DNA of 64,000 bases from Candidatus Latescibacterota bacterium (GCA_965203805.1 OZ241917.1:1440001-1504000); one strand, 5' to 3'. Shown: positions 9,801-19,357, counted from the stretch's first letter. The notes: generated by a model from the letters alone, not told the origin. Numbers and translations are program-made.

Positions 9801-11876
9801 TCAATTTGAATTCTCCAGCACGGCCACATAGGCATCATAAAGATGCTGGACCCTCTCGACATAGTGCACGGGTTGCCCGCCGCGGCAGAAACCGTAACGA
9901 GCCCGCTCGTAGTATTCGGGCTGTGAGAGCAGGCGCATCGCCTGTTCCACGTGGCCGAACCAGAGGTCCGGGTCCCATCCCTTCTCGCGCGCCAGGCGGC
10001 GGGCGTCCAGCAGATGTCCGTACCCGGCGTTGTAGGATGCCAGGGCAAAGCGAATTCGCGACTGCATTGGGATCTCGTGATCGAAACGCCCGATCAGCTG
10101 ATGCATGTACTTGGTGCCCGCGTGTATTCCCTGGTCCGGATCCTCGAGTTTTTCAAAACCCAGCTGGAGTCCCGTTTTCGGCATTACCTGCATCAATCCC
10201 TTCGCACCGACCCAGCTGACGGCGTCTGGATTGAACCTGGACTCCTGGTACATCTGCGCGGTTATCAGGCGCCAGTCCTGCCCGTATTGAACTGCGTACT
10301 TTTTCGTCAGGTCGTCGTACGGAGACAATTGTCCGCTCAGGTCGACCCGCGTCGAATCCTTGGCCCTGGCGATCCCGCGGCTGTTTTCGAAGTACCTTTT
10401 CTTCATCATGTTGAAATAGAGACCGCCCTTTTCGCGCCTGACGTACTGATTGAGAGATTCCAGAAGGGCGGGGTTTTCCTTGCGCACCGCCCAGCCAAGA
10501 CGTACGGTTTTGATGCTGAAGGCGGCTTTGAGACGACGGCCGTACGAACGTTCCACGTCGAGCAGGTTGGAATCCGCAAGCGTGAGGTCGTAGTCTCCGG
10601 ACTCGACCCGTGCGAGTATTTCCTCGGTCTCGACGTCGTCGGGCAGTTTGACAATCCGCAGGTCTTCGACGGAGTCCTGCAGTGCTTTCAGCGTCATGTA
10701 GAAGGAGGAACTCTCGCGCACGTGGACCGTCCGGCCTGCCAGATCGCCGAGGCTGGATACCGAATTATCCTCCGCATGTGTGACCACAACCTCCTCCACT
10801 TCGTTATATGGCCACGTAAAGTCCGCCTCGGCCTGCCGCGCCGGGGTGATGGTCATCGCCGCGGCCACCACGTCTCCCTTGCCCTCATTCAAATGGGACA
10901 GCAGTTCGGCATGCGACTTCGGAATGACGATCTCGAGGCGCAATCCGTGTTCCGAGGCGAACTTCTTCATCAGCTCGTACTCGAATCCTACCTGCAGGCC
11001 CCGGTGTATGAAATACGTCATCGGGTTGTTGCGCGTGATCATGCGCAGCCGGCCCCGCTCGATCAGGCCCGGGAGATCGTCCGTGAATTCATGCTGCCGC
11101 TCTCGAGAAAAGTGCCGGGCCAGTAGAAATTCGTCCACTTTGGTCTTGAGTTCGGTATCCTCGGGCCGCATCATCACCGCGATCGGGCGGTCCCTCGCCA
11201 GCACAAGGGAGGTTGTCAGGCTGTCATAATAGCTGGACAGGGCGTGCCACAGATGCGAATCAGACAGCGTGGCCTGGTATTCCCCGCTGGCGACGCCATC
11301 CAGCAAGGCTTCGATGTTCTGGGTTTCCGGTACGGTCCGGATTCGCAGGGACGGCACCTGCCGCTGCAGGTTGACAAGCGTCTGATAGTACGAGCTCGAG
11401 CGCCGAACGCTGATTTCCGTGCCCGCCAGGTCATCGATCTTCCGCGGAAGTTCGCCGCCGGTTCTGGTCACCAGATATTCGTCCACGTACATATACGGGA
11501 CCGAGAACGCGGCTTGCTTCCGGCGTTCCGGTGTTATGGTCAGGCTGGCCACCACGATGTCGCCCTCGCCCTCGAGCAGCATCCCCATCATTCTGGAAAA
11601 GTCCCCGACCTTGACAAGCCGGGGCTTCAATTTGAGCGACTCCGCAAGCTCCCGCGCGATATCATAGGCGATTGTCACGTGCTGCCCGTGCCGCGGCAGA
11701 TAGGCAATCGGTTCGAGGGGCACGATCGCCCTGAGTTCGCCCCGCGACCTCATTTCGGTAAGGTCGCCCGTGTATTTGGCCGAAGCAGACGGGGGCTCTT
11801 CAGGCTGGCTGCACTGTAACAGAACGCTCAGTGCGGCGAGAACAATGCAGACCTGAGCCCCGAGTCGGTGAAACAT
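9801..11876 (-). CDS. mltF: MltF-like lytic transglycosylase with two substrate-binding (SBP family 3) domains
   Basis: Lipoprotein-like signal; two SBP repeats (RGELR...ITPER; RGRLR...ITPAR); SLT motifs QESRF, GAKGLMQ, ASYNAG. Confidence 0.8.
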   Translation of the reverse strand: MFHRLGAQVCIVLAALSVLLQCSQPEEPPSASAKYTGDLTEMRSRGELRAIVPLEPIAYLPRHGQHVTIAYDIARELAESLKLKPRLVKVGDFSRMMGMLLEGEGDIVVASLTITPERRKQAAFSVPYMYVDEYLVTRTGGELPRKIDDLAGTEISVRRSSSYYQTLVNLQRQVPSLRIRTVPETQNIEALLDGVASGEYQATLSDSHLWHALSSYYDSLTTSLVLARDRPIAVMMRPEDTELKTKVDEFLLARHFSRERQHEFTDDLPGLIERGRLRMITRNNPMTYFIHRGLQVGFEYELMKKFASEHGLRLEIVIPKSHAELLSHLNEGKGDVVAAAMTITPARQAEADFTWPYNEVEEVVVTHAEDNSVSSLGDLAGRTVHVRESSSFYMTLKALQDSVEDLRIVKLPDDVETEEILARVESGDYDLTLADSNLLDVERSYGRRLKAAFSIKTVRLGWAVRKENPALLESLNQYVRREKGGLYFNMMKKRYFENSRGIARAKDSTRVDLSGQLSPYDDLTKKYAVQYGQDWRLITAQMYQESRFNPDAVSWVGAKGLMQVMPKTGLQLGFEKLEDPDQGIHAGTKYMHQLIGRFDHEIPMQSRIRFALASYNAGYGHLLDARRLAREKGWDPDLWFGHVEQAMRLLSQPEYYERARYGFCRGGQPVHYVERVQHLYDAYVAVLENSN

Positions 11877-11974
11877 CCGAATCTCCTGATTGCGATGTTT
11901 GGCTGTTTTCTGTGCTCGTTCTTTAACGTCCCGGGAGACGCGAAGTTTCCGGTTAAGGGCCGAACGACGCCGGA

Positions 11975-12787
11975 TCAGCCGCCCGGCTTCCGTCCGATGT
12001 AGAGGATGTGTCTGGAGGAGGCGACGATGCTCGGTTCCGCGCTGACTTCGAAGAGCAGATCCAGCCAGAGTTCTCTCTGCTTCCCTTCAAGCGCGTTGTA
12101 ACTCTCGTCATCGGCGGAGATAGCCGGCTCCACGCCCGCAATCTTCAGCGTCTGGAATCCTGCGCCCTCGTGCATGGGGGCGACATCCTGGTATCGCACG
12201 AAATATCCGCGAAAGCCCCCTTTAGGGGCGTCGAGCGGGCGATGGCCATACCTGACCACAGACCGCACTTCCTCCCGGTTTTCGATCCAACCGGGGGTCT
12301 TCCTGATCAGGGCCCCCAAAATGCCGTACCTGGATATCATCGCGGAAAAGATGGCGCCGCCCGGTTTCAGGCAGGCGATGGCGCATTGCAGCGCTGCCGA
12401 CCGGTCGGTTTCCAACACGAGATGGTACAGGGGTCCCATCAGAAGAACGGCGTCGAAATTCCCGCAAGGTATGCCGTCCAGCGTGCGCGCATCGCCCACC
12501 CGGACGTCGACCCCGTCGGACAGGCCCAGCGCCTCGGCCCTCGCCCTGCAACGGATCACGAATTCATCGGCGAGGTCCACCGCCGTGATCCGATAGCCGC
12601 GCTTCGCCAGGGCAAACGTGTACGACCCCGTACCGCATCCGATATCGAGAATCCTCCCGCTAGACGGGAGGTACAGATCCAGGTAGCGCCAGGTCAGATC
12701 GGCTTCCAGCTGATGGCGCGTCAGGCGGTCGTCCTCGCCGTCCCAGGCGGCGTTGTAGAACTCGCGTATGTCGCTCACGTCGTCCAC
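11975..12787 (-). CDS. Class I SAM-dependent methyltransferase
   Basis: ILDIGCGTG, GDAR, FDAVLLMGPLYHL, LKPGG. Confidence 0.88.
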   Translation of the reverse strand: MDDVSDIREFYNAAWDGEDDRLTRHQLEADLTWRYLDLYLPSSGRILDIGCGTGSYTFALAKRGYRITAVDLADEFVIRCRARAEALGLSDGVDVRVGDARTLDGIPCGNFDAVLLMGPLYHLVLETDRSAALQCAIACLKPGGAIFSAMISRYGILGALIRKTPGWIENREEVRSVVRYGHRPLDAPKGGFRGYFVRYQDVAPMHEGAGFQTLKIAGVEPAISADDESYNALEGKQRELWLDLLFEVSAEPSIVASSRHILYIGRKPGG

Positions 12788-12889
12788 GGGAACACCATCG
12801 GGTTTGACTCGTCAACAATCCTGTACCGCCGCGTGCATGAGACTGTGCAGGCCCCCGGCGGCGGCGGACGAATGCAGGCAATCCTTCTC

Positions 12890-13531
12890 CTAACCGTACA
12901 TCGACAGGTCATCCCAACCCGCGAGCAGATGCGGTCGGACCATCGAGGCGTCGGGCCGCCAGTCCTCCCATCCCTCCGAATACGGCCCTCCGGAGCCCTC
13001 GATTTCGGCTACGGCACGGTCTCCCTCTTCCCTCACCGCCCTGCCCTCTTCGGGTGTCATTCGACCCTGGCCGACCGCAAGATCCAGTTCATCGCGGTCC
13101 TTCCACCTCCAGCGCCGGTCCGGTTCAACGACAATGTCCAACTGGTGATCCCTGTAATCAAACCCCAACTCGGTACGCGTCAATTGACTCTGAAGGTTGA
13201 CGTACCATCCCTGAAATACGCCATCGGCCGACCATCGGACCCAGGTTGCGCGACGTTCGCCAAGCCGCACGAGAATCAGAAGCTCCGCCCACTGCCATAC
13301 CGAGTCCACCATTGACCAGGACCGGTTGACCCAATCCCGTGGTTTACCTGGCATGTCGCGCGTGAACTCGGGCTTCTTCGCCGGCGTCCCAAGCGGAAGC
13401 CATAACCGGACTCGTGAAACCGAATCCTCGACTACGGTGACGGGCTTTACGTCGATGATCCGACCGTTCTCGTCAAGATCCCGATAGAGGATCGATTCCC
13501 CGCTGCGGAACCTGGATCGCACGGTTTCCAT
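12890..13531 (-). CDS. DUF402 family protein
   Basis: GWYVNLQ, D.QLDIVV, WKDRDEL; GGAGGAG RBS. Confidence 0.8.
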   Translation of the reverse strand: METVRSRFRSGESILYRDLDENGRIIDVKPVTVVEDSVSRVRLWLPLGTPAKKPEFTRDMPGKPRDWVNRSWSMVDSVWQWAELLILVRLGERRATWVRWSADGVFQGWYVNLQSQLTRTELGFDYRDHQLDIVVEPDRRWRWKDRDELDLAVGQGRMTPEEGRAVREEGDRAVAEIEGSGGPYSEGWEDWRPDASMVRPHLLAGWDDLSMYG

Positions 13532-13575
13532 GGAACGGGCTCCTCCGTGATCGGAACACACGATATGACGAAACG

Positions 13576-14046
13576 TCAGTCCGCCATTGCCGTTGCTCCG
13601 TTGGCGAAATCTCCACCTTCGAGATTGCCGTTATCGACGAACCACTGCGAATTTGCGTACAGCGCCATCACCGACTTGTGCTTGAGGAACCCCTCTTTTC
13701 TGTAGAAATCCTGCTGGCCGTGTACCCCCGCCAGGATGACTCTTGGAACGGCGAGTTTCCTGAGGATCGAGCTCAAGATGGCTCGCCCGATACCCTGGCG
13801 TTGAAACTCCGGCGCGACGACAAGCTCGCACACGGTCGTAGACGATTCGTCGTCGGATATCGCCCGACCGCCTCCCACGAGCGCCTCGCCGTTGAACGCG
13901 AAACAACAGACCTCGCTATTGGAATACGCGCGGCGGAGCTTTCCGGGATCGAGCTTTCCCAGCGGAACGCGCCTGTAGACTTCGGCCAGGTCCTTCCAAT
14001 TGACGCCTCTTGCATTTTCCCGATAGACAATTTCACTCGTCGACAT
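13576..14046 (-). CDS. GNAT acetyltransferase
   Basis: VAPEFQRQGIG, FYRKEGF; the real start is MSTSE at 14046, inside the longer track ORF. Confidence 0.85.
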   Translation of the reverse strand: MSTSEIVYRENARGVNWKDLAEVYRRVPLGKLDPGKLRRAYSNSEVCCFAFNGEALVGGGRAISDDESSTTVCELVVAPEFQRQGIGRAILSSILRKLAVPRVILAGVHGQQDFYRKEGFLKHKSVMALYANSQWFVDNGNLEGGDFANGATAMAD

Positions 14047-14156
14047 GTTCCCCCCAGTTGATTCGTGGCGTTTTGCATCTGAGACGTTTGACGTTTTGAG
14101 TTCTCGATTTCGAAGCGCGAAGGGTTCGTAGATCAGACTTCCGAATCGACGCCGCC

Positions 14157-14783
14157 TCAACGTACGTCCGGCGCCGCCCCGGCTTGCCGTAATCCACCAC
14201 GATCGGCTTCCTTCTTCAGGGCATTCACGAATTTTTCGACCTCCGTACCCGACCGCAGGATCACGACATTTTTTGTATCCCTGATCCGTTCCAGGTACTC
14301 CAGGATGCCCGGCAGGCGTGTCCTGTTGTAGTTCCAGATCCACTCCAGGAATTCGCGATCCGGCAACTGCTCCCGACACCCGGGATGGATGTCCGGCCGG
14401 CTGCGTCCCAAGTGCCTGATCGCCCTCCTGAATACCCGAAACAGGCAGGTGAACCGGGACAGCGCCAGCAGGATCACCGTATCGCCGGCTTCTATCCGCT
14501 CCTTCATCGTGCCGCCGTAGTTCCCGTCCAGTATCCAGGCCTCGCGACACAAGAGGTCCCGGTGCCGGCGCTGCCATTCCTCCTGCGGCGGTTTCTGCCA
14601 GTCGGGTTTCCAATAGACGGCGTCCAGGTGGACCACCGGCAGGTCCAGCAACGATCCGAGCCTGACCGCCAACGTGGACTTTCCAGCGCCGCCGCAACCG
14701 ATAATGCAGACCCGTCGCATACCGGAAACGGCGTCATCGGTTCCGGTTTCTGACTGTGTGTGTTCGTTTATCGTCGCGCGCAC
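14157..14783 (-). CDS. Topology-modulation protein / adenylate-kinase-like P-loop protein
   Basis: IIGCGGAGKSTLA, HLD, WILDGNY, GCRE; the start could be 14720. Confidence 0.82.
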   Translation of the reverse strand: MRATINEHTQSETGTDDAVSGMRRVCIIGCGGAGKSTLAVRLGSLLDLPVVHLDAVYWKPDWQKPPQEEWQRRHRDLLCREAWILDGNYGGTMKERIEAGDTVILLALSRFTCLFRVFRRAIRHLGRSRPDIHPGCREQLPDREFLEWIWNYNRTRLPGILEYLERIRDTKNVVILRSGTEVEKFVNALKKEADRGGLRQAGAAPDVR

Positions 14784-14786
14784 GCC

Positions 14787-15647
14787 TTATCCCCATTTCA
14801 AGTCTGAAACGACCGGATAGTGGTCGCTGGGGTAGAGCGAACCCCGGTGGCGCCGTACGATCTCGGAATTTTCCACCCTCACCTCAAGGCCGGGGCAGCG
14901 GTAGAGTACCCAGTCCAAACGCCACGAGAGATGATGTTGTCGCAGGTCGTATGCCGGTCCGTCATAGCCGTGATAGGTATTCGACTCCGGACCGTCGCGA
15001 TGTCCGGCGCTCAGAAACGCGTCTTCGAAGCCTTCCCCGAGAAGGAAGCGATGTACCGCGTCGGTGATGGTGCTGCCCGCCGCGGCGGGATCCTCCACCG
15101 CGGGCGTCCACGGGTTACAGTTGAAGTCTGCGGTCAGCAATTGGCGCTCCCCAGGTCGTGCAGCCGACGATATCCATCGGTTCAGCAGCGATGCGCCTTC
15201 GGTCCGCGCCTCCTCGCTGATGTGATCGAGATGGGTGTTGACGTGAAGGAATTCCACGTCAGTCGCCAGGTCGTGAAACCGGACCCACGTCGCGGTCCGA
15301 ACGCAGGCCGACCCCCAGGAACGCGAGTAGCCATCCGGCGTGTCGCTGATCCAGAATCCGCCCCTCGAGCGTGGCTGAAGCCTCTCCCGCCGCCAGTAAA
15401 CCGGGTTGAATAGATGGGGCGGATCATTCGCGTGCGGACCCTGGAAGCTGTCGTATGCCGTGAGCGCTTCGCCAAACGTGGCGAAATTGGGCCACTGAAT
15501 TTCCTGAAAGCCGATAAGATCCGGCGACGAATCATCGATCACGTCGCAAACCAGCGTGGATCGCCCTGAACCGATCCAGGCGTTCCCCGGCTCGTGTTCG
15601 TCGTATCCGCCGGCCAGGTTGAAACTCATGACGCGAAGACTCTGCAT
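14787..15647 (-). CDS. Endonuclease/exonuclease/phosphatase family protein
   Basis: MSFN, GFQE, NTHLD, ADFN, LDW, SDHYPV. Confidence 0.88.
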   Translation of the reverse strand: MQSLRVMSFNLAGGYDEHEPGNAWIGSGRSTLVCDVIDDSSPDLIGFQEIQWPNFATFGEALTAYDSFQGPHANDPPHLFNPVYWRRERLQPRSRGGFWISDTPDGYSRSWGSACVRTATWVRFHDLATDVEFLHVNTHLDHISEEARTEGASLLNRWISSAARPGERQLLTADFNCNPWTPAVEDPAAAGSTITDAVHRFLLGEGFEDAFLSAGHRDGPESNTYHGYDGPAYDLRQHHLSWRLDWVLYRCPGLEVRVENSEIVRRHRGSLYPSDHYPVVSDLKWG

Positions 15648-15721
15648 CTTTCTGTGTGGTCCTTTCGTTTTGCGTCGTGTATGGACTCGATGTCCGGAAC
15701 CCGCACCCTTCGACGCCTGGA

Positions 15722-16027
15722 TTATCCACCGGGAATGCGCGGACGCACCTCCCGGTCCAACCTGTCCGAGAGCTCGTCCTCGGCGACCTCGAGTTCATAG
15801 TTGGTCTGAATGCTCATCCAGTATCTGGGGGAGGTGTAGAAATATCGTGCGAGCCTCAACGCCGTATCCGCGGTGATGCCGCGTTTGCCCAGGACAATCT
15901 CATTGATGCGGCGCGGGGGCACCCCGATGGAAAGCGCCAGCTGGTTCTGGCTGAGATCCATCGGCTTGAGAAACTGTTCCAGCAATACGATCCCGGGGTG
16001 AACGGGAGCCGTTTCCCCAGTGGGCAT
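15722..16027 (-). CDS. higA: HigA-family antitoxin (orphan)
   Basis: HPG.VLLEQFLKP, RINEIV.GKR.ITADTALRLARYF, YWM..Q..YEL. Confidence 0.9.
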   Translation of the reverse strand: MPTGETAPVHPGIVLLEQFLKPMDLSQNQLALSIGVPPRRINEIVLGKRGITADTALRLARYFYTSPRYWMSIQTNYELEVAEDELSDRLDREVRPRIPGG

Positions 16028-16102
16028 AGATTCTTCTCCAGGGGCGATCGTCTACGAACACCACGTCACGGGTGGCGCCGGCGGGACGGACGCCAACATG
16101 AT

Positions 16103-16131
16103 ATTATATAACGATTTCCGTTAAATGACAA
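16103..16131 (-). promoter_or_regulatory. sigma70 promoter of higA with a palindromic operator in the spacer
   Basis: Minus strand TTGTCA-17 bp-TATAAT; the spacer contains TAACG-N5-CGTTA (16109-16123). Confidence 0.75.
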
Positions 16132-16257
16132 GTGTTAAATGCGTTTCGTTTAATATACAGTATTAAATAGTAGACGTTAAACAGTTTTCATTAAACGGTA
16201 TTTGTTCAACGGTATTCGTTTAATGTATTTCGTTAAACGTATACCGTTATGCATGAC
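16118..16257. repeat. AT-rich degenerate tandem array, about ten 14-bp units with a GTT(A/T/C)AA(C/T) core
   Basis: ccgttaaatgacaa/gtgttaaatgcgtt/tcgtttaatataca/gtattaaatagtag/acgttaaacagttt/tcattaaacggtat/ttgttcaacggtat/tcgtttaatgtatt/tcgttaaacgtata/ccgttatgcatgac. Confidence 0.75.
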
Positions 16258-16408
16258 AAAGACACGATTCGCCGCCAGCCAAATCCGGCGGAGTCGTACA
16301 CGGGGACAATCTGCGGCAATGCGGAAGGGCATTCGCAGGCAGGACGGGCGGGTGAGACGGGAGAGGGGGAGAAAACCAGAGAAACAGCCCGTGCGCCTGG
16401 CGGAGCGG

Positions 16409-17098
16409 TCAGCGTTGCGCCAGCCGCAGCATGTTCGAGTCGCCGCGGCGGAACTCGAAGGGCACAGGAACGCATTCGACGCGCGCCGTCCGTCGGAGCG
16501 TCTGCATGGCGGCGTTCAGATGCCTCGACGGTTTACCAGCGAGGTCGAACAACGGAAATACCCGGACCTCTCTCCCCACTCGAAGCAGTTCCCGGAGGAA
16601 TGAAAGGTGCGTTTCAAGGTTGAATTCCGCGGAGAACAGAAACAACATGTGGGAACAGAGGACAAGGTCGAAGGATCCGGCCTCGAAGGGTAATCCGGGG
16701 AGACTCGCGGAGACGTACCGGCCACGCCGGTCTTCCGACCTGAAGTCGCGGAGGAACGTCCTGAGGACGTCACGTCGCAACTGGATAACCGCTTCGGGGC
16801 TACCGTAGTGGTCCCACAGAAACCGTTCACGCGCCCTTCGCGTTCCCGCAAGCATGCGCGTGCCAGTGCGTTCGAAATCGGTTTCCAGGTTCCGGCCTGA
16901 GAACCTGTACACTGGATCGACGGCGACGACGAATCGCCCGGTCCCGCCCCATTCGGCGGCGAATGACGACGTTCCGCCTCCGCAGTCCAGTATCCGCGCG
17001 GATGACGAGACATCGGACAACGCAAAGAACGCCTCGTATTCGGCCGCGCAGCGGCCCCACGCGGGAACGGACCCGCCGAAATCGAATTCTCTGGACAT
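16409..17098 (-). CDS. SAM-dependent methyltransferase-like protein
   Basis: ILDCGGGTSSF, DPVY, LP.LPF...SFDLVLCSH.LF, EVRVFPL. Confidence 0.8.
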   Translation of the reverse strand: MSREFDFGGSVPAWGRCAAEYEAFFALSDVSSSARILDCGGGTSSFAAEWGGTGRFVVAVDPVYRFSGRNLETDFERTGTRMLAGTRRARERFLWDHYGSPEAVIQLRRDVLRTFLRDFRSEDRRGRYVSASLPGLPFEAGSFDLVLCSHMLFLFSAEFNLETHLSFLRELLRVGREVRVFPLFDLAGKPSRHLNAAMQTLRRTARVECVPVPFEFRRGDSNMLRLAQR

Positions 17099-17111
17099 GT
17101 GACGGAGAGCC

Positions 17112-18092
17112 CTAGCGCAACCACGTCCACCCGGCCCGGGTTGCCGGATGGACGACTTCCTCTCTCAAATGCAGGTTTTTCACATCGGGATCGACAACAC
17201 GCCGTCGAACGGCCAGCGCAATTCGATACAATCGGTTGTCCGGGTAAGGCGTTCGATGGCTATCAGTCCGGGCGGCGGGTGAAAAGCCAAGTTTCTCAAG
17301 TTCATCCGTGTAGACCGCCTCCACGCGTTCCACCAGTTCCCTCCTGCCACGCACCCTTGCGTAACCCTCCCGGAGCAAGCTGCAAACCTCCACCGGGGCG
17401 CCTTCAAGCTTCTCGAACTCTTTCCACAACCACTTGTGATACGGCGCATACCGCCTGTTGATCAGAAAGCCGACCTTTGTCGCGTATTCGGCGAATTTCG
17501 TCCAGTAGTTGAACGCTGTTACGTGGTCTCCCCGAGCTTCTGCCCTGAAGAGATGTTTCCGCCCCCATTCCCAGCACCAGGAAAGACATGCCGCCAATCG
17601 ATGCCTCCATACATCCTCCGGATACCTGGAAAACGCTCTAAATCGGGCACTCACAATGCCCAGTTCGTCATGATAAAGCCTGTTCGGAGTGAGTTCGAAC
17701 AGGTACGGTTCCGGGATACGCAGCCAATCTCTGAGTGACGGCGGCGGCTCAGGGAATCCTACTGTATTCTCCGCATAGCTGCCGACTTCCCAGACGCTGC
17801 AGGTCCTTTCAGGCGGATTCTCCCAGTGGAATCCATCATACTCCGCAAGCAGCGTATCGAGAATCTCCTGCAAACGGGAGCCGTATTTCTGGTAATCCCC
17901 TTGCGCCAACCACACGGAGAATTCCGGACCCCAGCCATGATCGCGAGAGATATCGTCGTCGTTCTTGTGTGCCTGCGAACCCGCCGATCCGACGCCGGCG
18001 GCCAGGCTCCGCACACACTGTGGCAATCGCCGCTCAATCTCGGGGAGTCCGACCCCGCGAAAGAACCTCTCAGACAGTTCGAATCCTCTCAC
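17112..18092 (-). CDS. DUF4037 domain (nucleotidyltransferase-like) protein
   Basis: M.G.ELS..FF, GS....DD.ISRDH.WGP, YP.DVW, YAPYHKW. Confidence 0.8.
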   Translation of the reverse strand: MRGFELSERFFRGVGLPEIERRLPQCVRSLAAGVGSAGSQAHKNDDDISRDHGWGPEFSVWLAQGDYQKYGSRLQEILDTLLAEYDGFHWENPPERTCSVWEVGSYAENTVGFPEPPPSLRDWLRIPEPYLFELTPNRLYHDELGIVSARFRAFSRYPEDVWRHRLAACLSWCWEWGRKHLFRAEARGDHVTAFNYWTKFAEYATKVGFLINRRYAPYHKWLWKEFEKLEGAPVEVCSLLREGYARVRGRRELVERVEAVYTDELEKLGFSPAARTDSHRTPYPDNRLYRIALAVRRRVVDPDVKNLHLREEVVHPATRAGWTWLR

Positions 18093-18146
18093 AAATCCTC
18101 CTCGTGGAAGCCTCTCCCCCCGGCCCCTCCCCCCACGGGTACGACG

Positions 18147-18386
18147 TTAGACGCAAGACGGGAGATACTGTGAGTGCCTGAAAAGCGGGGAGACGCAAGA
18201 CGTGAGATTATATGATTGCCTGTTCGGTTTCATCTCTTGCCGGAGGCATTGAGCAGGAGCAAATTGGGCAAGGACGTCATCTACCGTCTTGCGTCTCACG
18301 TCTCACCGCCTTCATCTACCGTCTACCGTGCTTTCAGGTTTTCACTCTTCACTCTTCACTCTTCATTCTTGCCTTTCTCGTCTCAC
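18147..18386. repeat. Inverted clusters of 7-bp tandem repeats
   Basis: agacgcaagacgggaga and gagacgcaagacgtgaga versus cgtcttgcgtctcacgtctca; (ttcactc)3. Confidence 0.6.
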
Positions 18387-19357
18387 CGCCCTTCACGACC
18401 GTTCCGGACGACAGCTTCGATAAACTCGCCCTTGCCGGTCTGGTAGGACTGCCTGTCCTTTGGAAACCGACGAGCCAGGTCCTGCTTCAATCTCATGTAG
18501 TTGTCCGCAAGGCTGCGGTCCGATCTCAGGCGGTCCCGGAACAGGACAATCTCTTTCCAATCCGCGCTTGTCTCTTCGAACACGTGGATGTGATGGGAGC
18601 GAGGTGCGCCTTTCCGGAAGAAGTGCCTTCGAGGGATGCCGTTTTCTCCCCTGTATTCGTACCCGATCCCGCCGAGGGGCTGTATGCATACCCTGGCGCG
18701 TTCAAAATCCCTGACGGCGACCGCGATGTCCAGCACCGGCTTGGCGGCCATCCCCTGTATGGACGTGCTGCCCACGTGCTGGATATCCTCCACGAAATCG
18801 CCGATCGTTTCTTCGATATTCTCTCTTTCCAACTCGAACAGGACGCTCCATTCTTCCCGATACGGGGACACCGACACCTCTCCGCGATTCAAACCGAGCA
18901 AAGGTCCCCTGCTGAACAGTTCCGGCAGGCGGTCCGGCGTCAGGAAGGTCGCCAGTTCAGGATCCACCGTCGAGATGGATTCGTGAGAAATCCAGGAAAA
19001 TGCGAAGACAACGCCGGATTCCGGACCCACCGTTCCGACGTGTTCCCAACTGTCCGGTAGATGAGGATCCGCTTTGAAAAGAAAGTCCGTCCGTTCCACG
19101 TCCGATTGGATATATGGTTTGAAGTAGCCTGTCTTCCCGATCCTGCGGATGAACTGCAGGTCCTCGATTCCCGATTCCTCGCGGGTTTCTCGATGGGCGG
19201 CCTGAAGCGGCGTTTCACCGGCCTCGACGTTTCCTCCCGGCAGGCGATAGTATTCGTAGCCGATGGATTTGAGTTCGAGGACGAGCAATTCGCATGTCCC
19301 ATCCGCGTCGTGCCTGATAATCAGCGCGAACGCCTTATGGACGAGCGGGTTCTTCAT
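18383..19357 (-). CDS. NUDIX hydrolase-GrpB (UPF0157) fusion protein
   Basis: Nudix box PGGNVEAGET...AHRETREESG; GrpB motifs HVGSTSI.G..AKP.LDI, FRD.LR, Y...K. Confidence 0.85.
   Translation of the reverse strand: MKNPLVHKAFALIIRHDADGTCELLVLELKSIGYEYYRLPGGNVEAGETPLQAAHRETREESGIEDLQFIRRIGKTGYFKPYIQSDVERTDFLFKADPHLPDSWEHVGTVGPESGVVFAFSWISHESISTVDPELATFLTPDRLPELFSRGPLLGLNRGEVSVSPYREEWSVLFELERENIEETIGDFVEDIQHVGSTSIQGMAAKPVLDIAVAVRDFERARVCIQPLGGIGYEYRGENGIPRRHFFRKGAPRSHHIHVFEETSADWKEIVLFRDRLRSDRSLADNYMRLKQDLARRFPKDRQSYQTGKGEFIEAVVRNGREGR

Noticed and set aside
9951-13315. Long plus-strand ORFs of 391 aa (9951-11126) and 435 aa (12008-13315)
   Set aside because: Antisense to clear mltF, methyltransferase and DUF402 genes.
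13576-14697. 373-aa ORF as one protein
   Set aside because: Its 5' part is an alternative frame over the kinase gene; only the last 156 aa form a GNAT.
16118-16257. Array interpreted as CRISPR
   Set aside because: The 14-bp period is far too short, there is no repeat/spacer structure and there are no cas genes.
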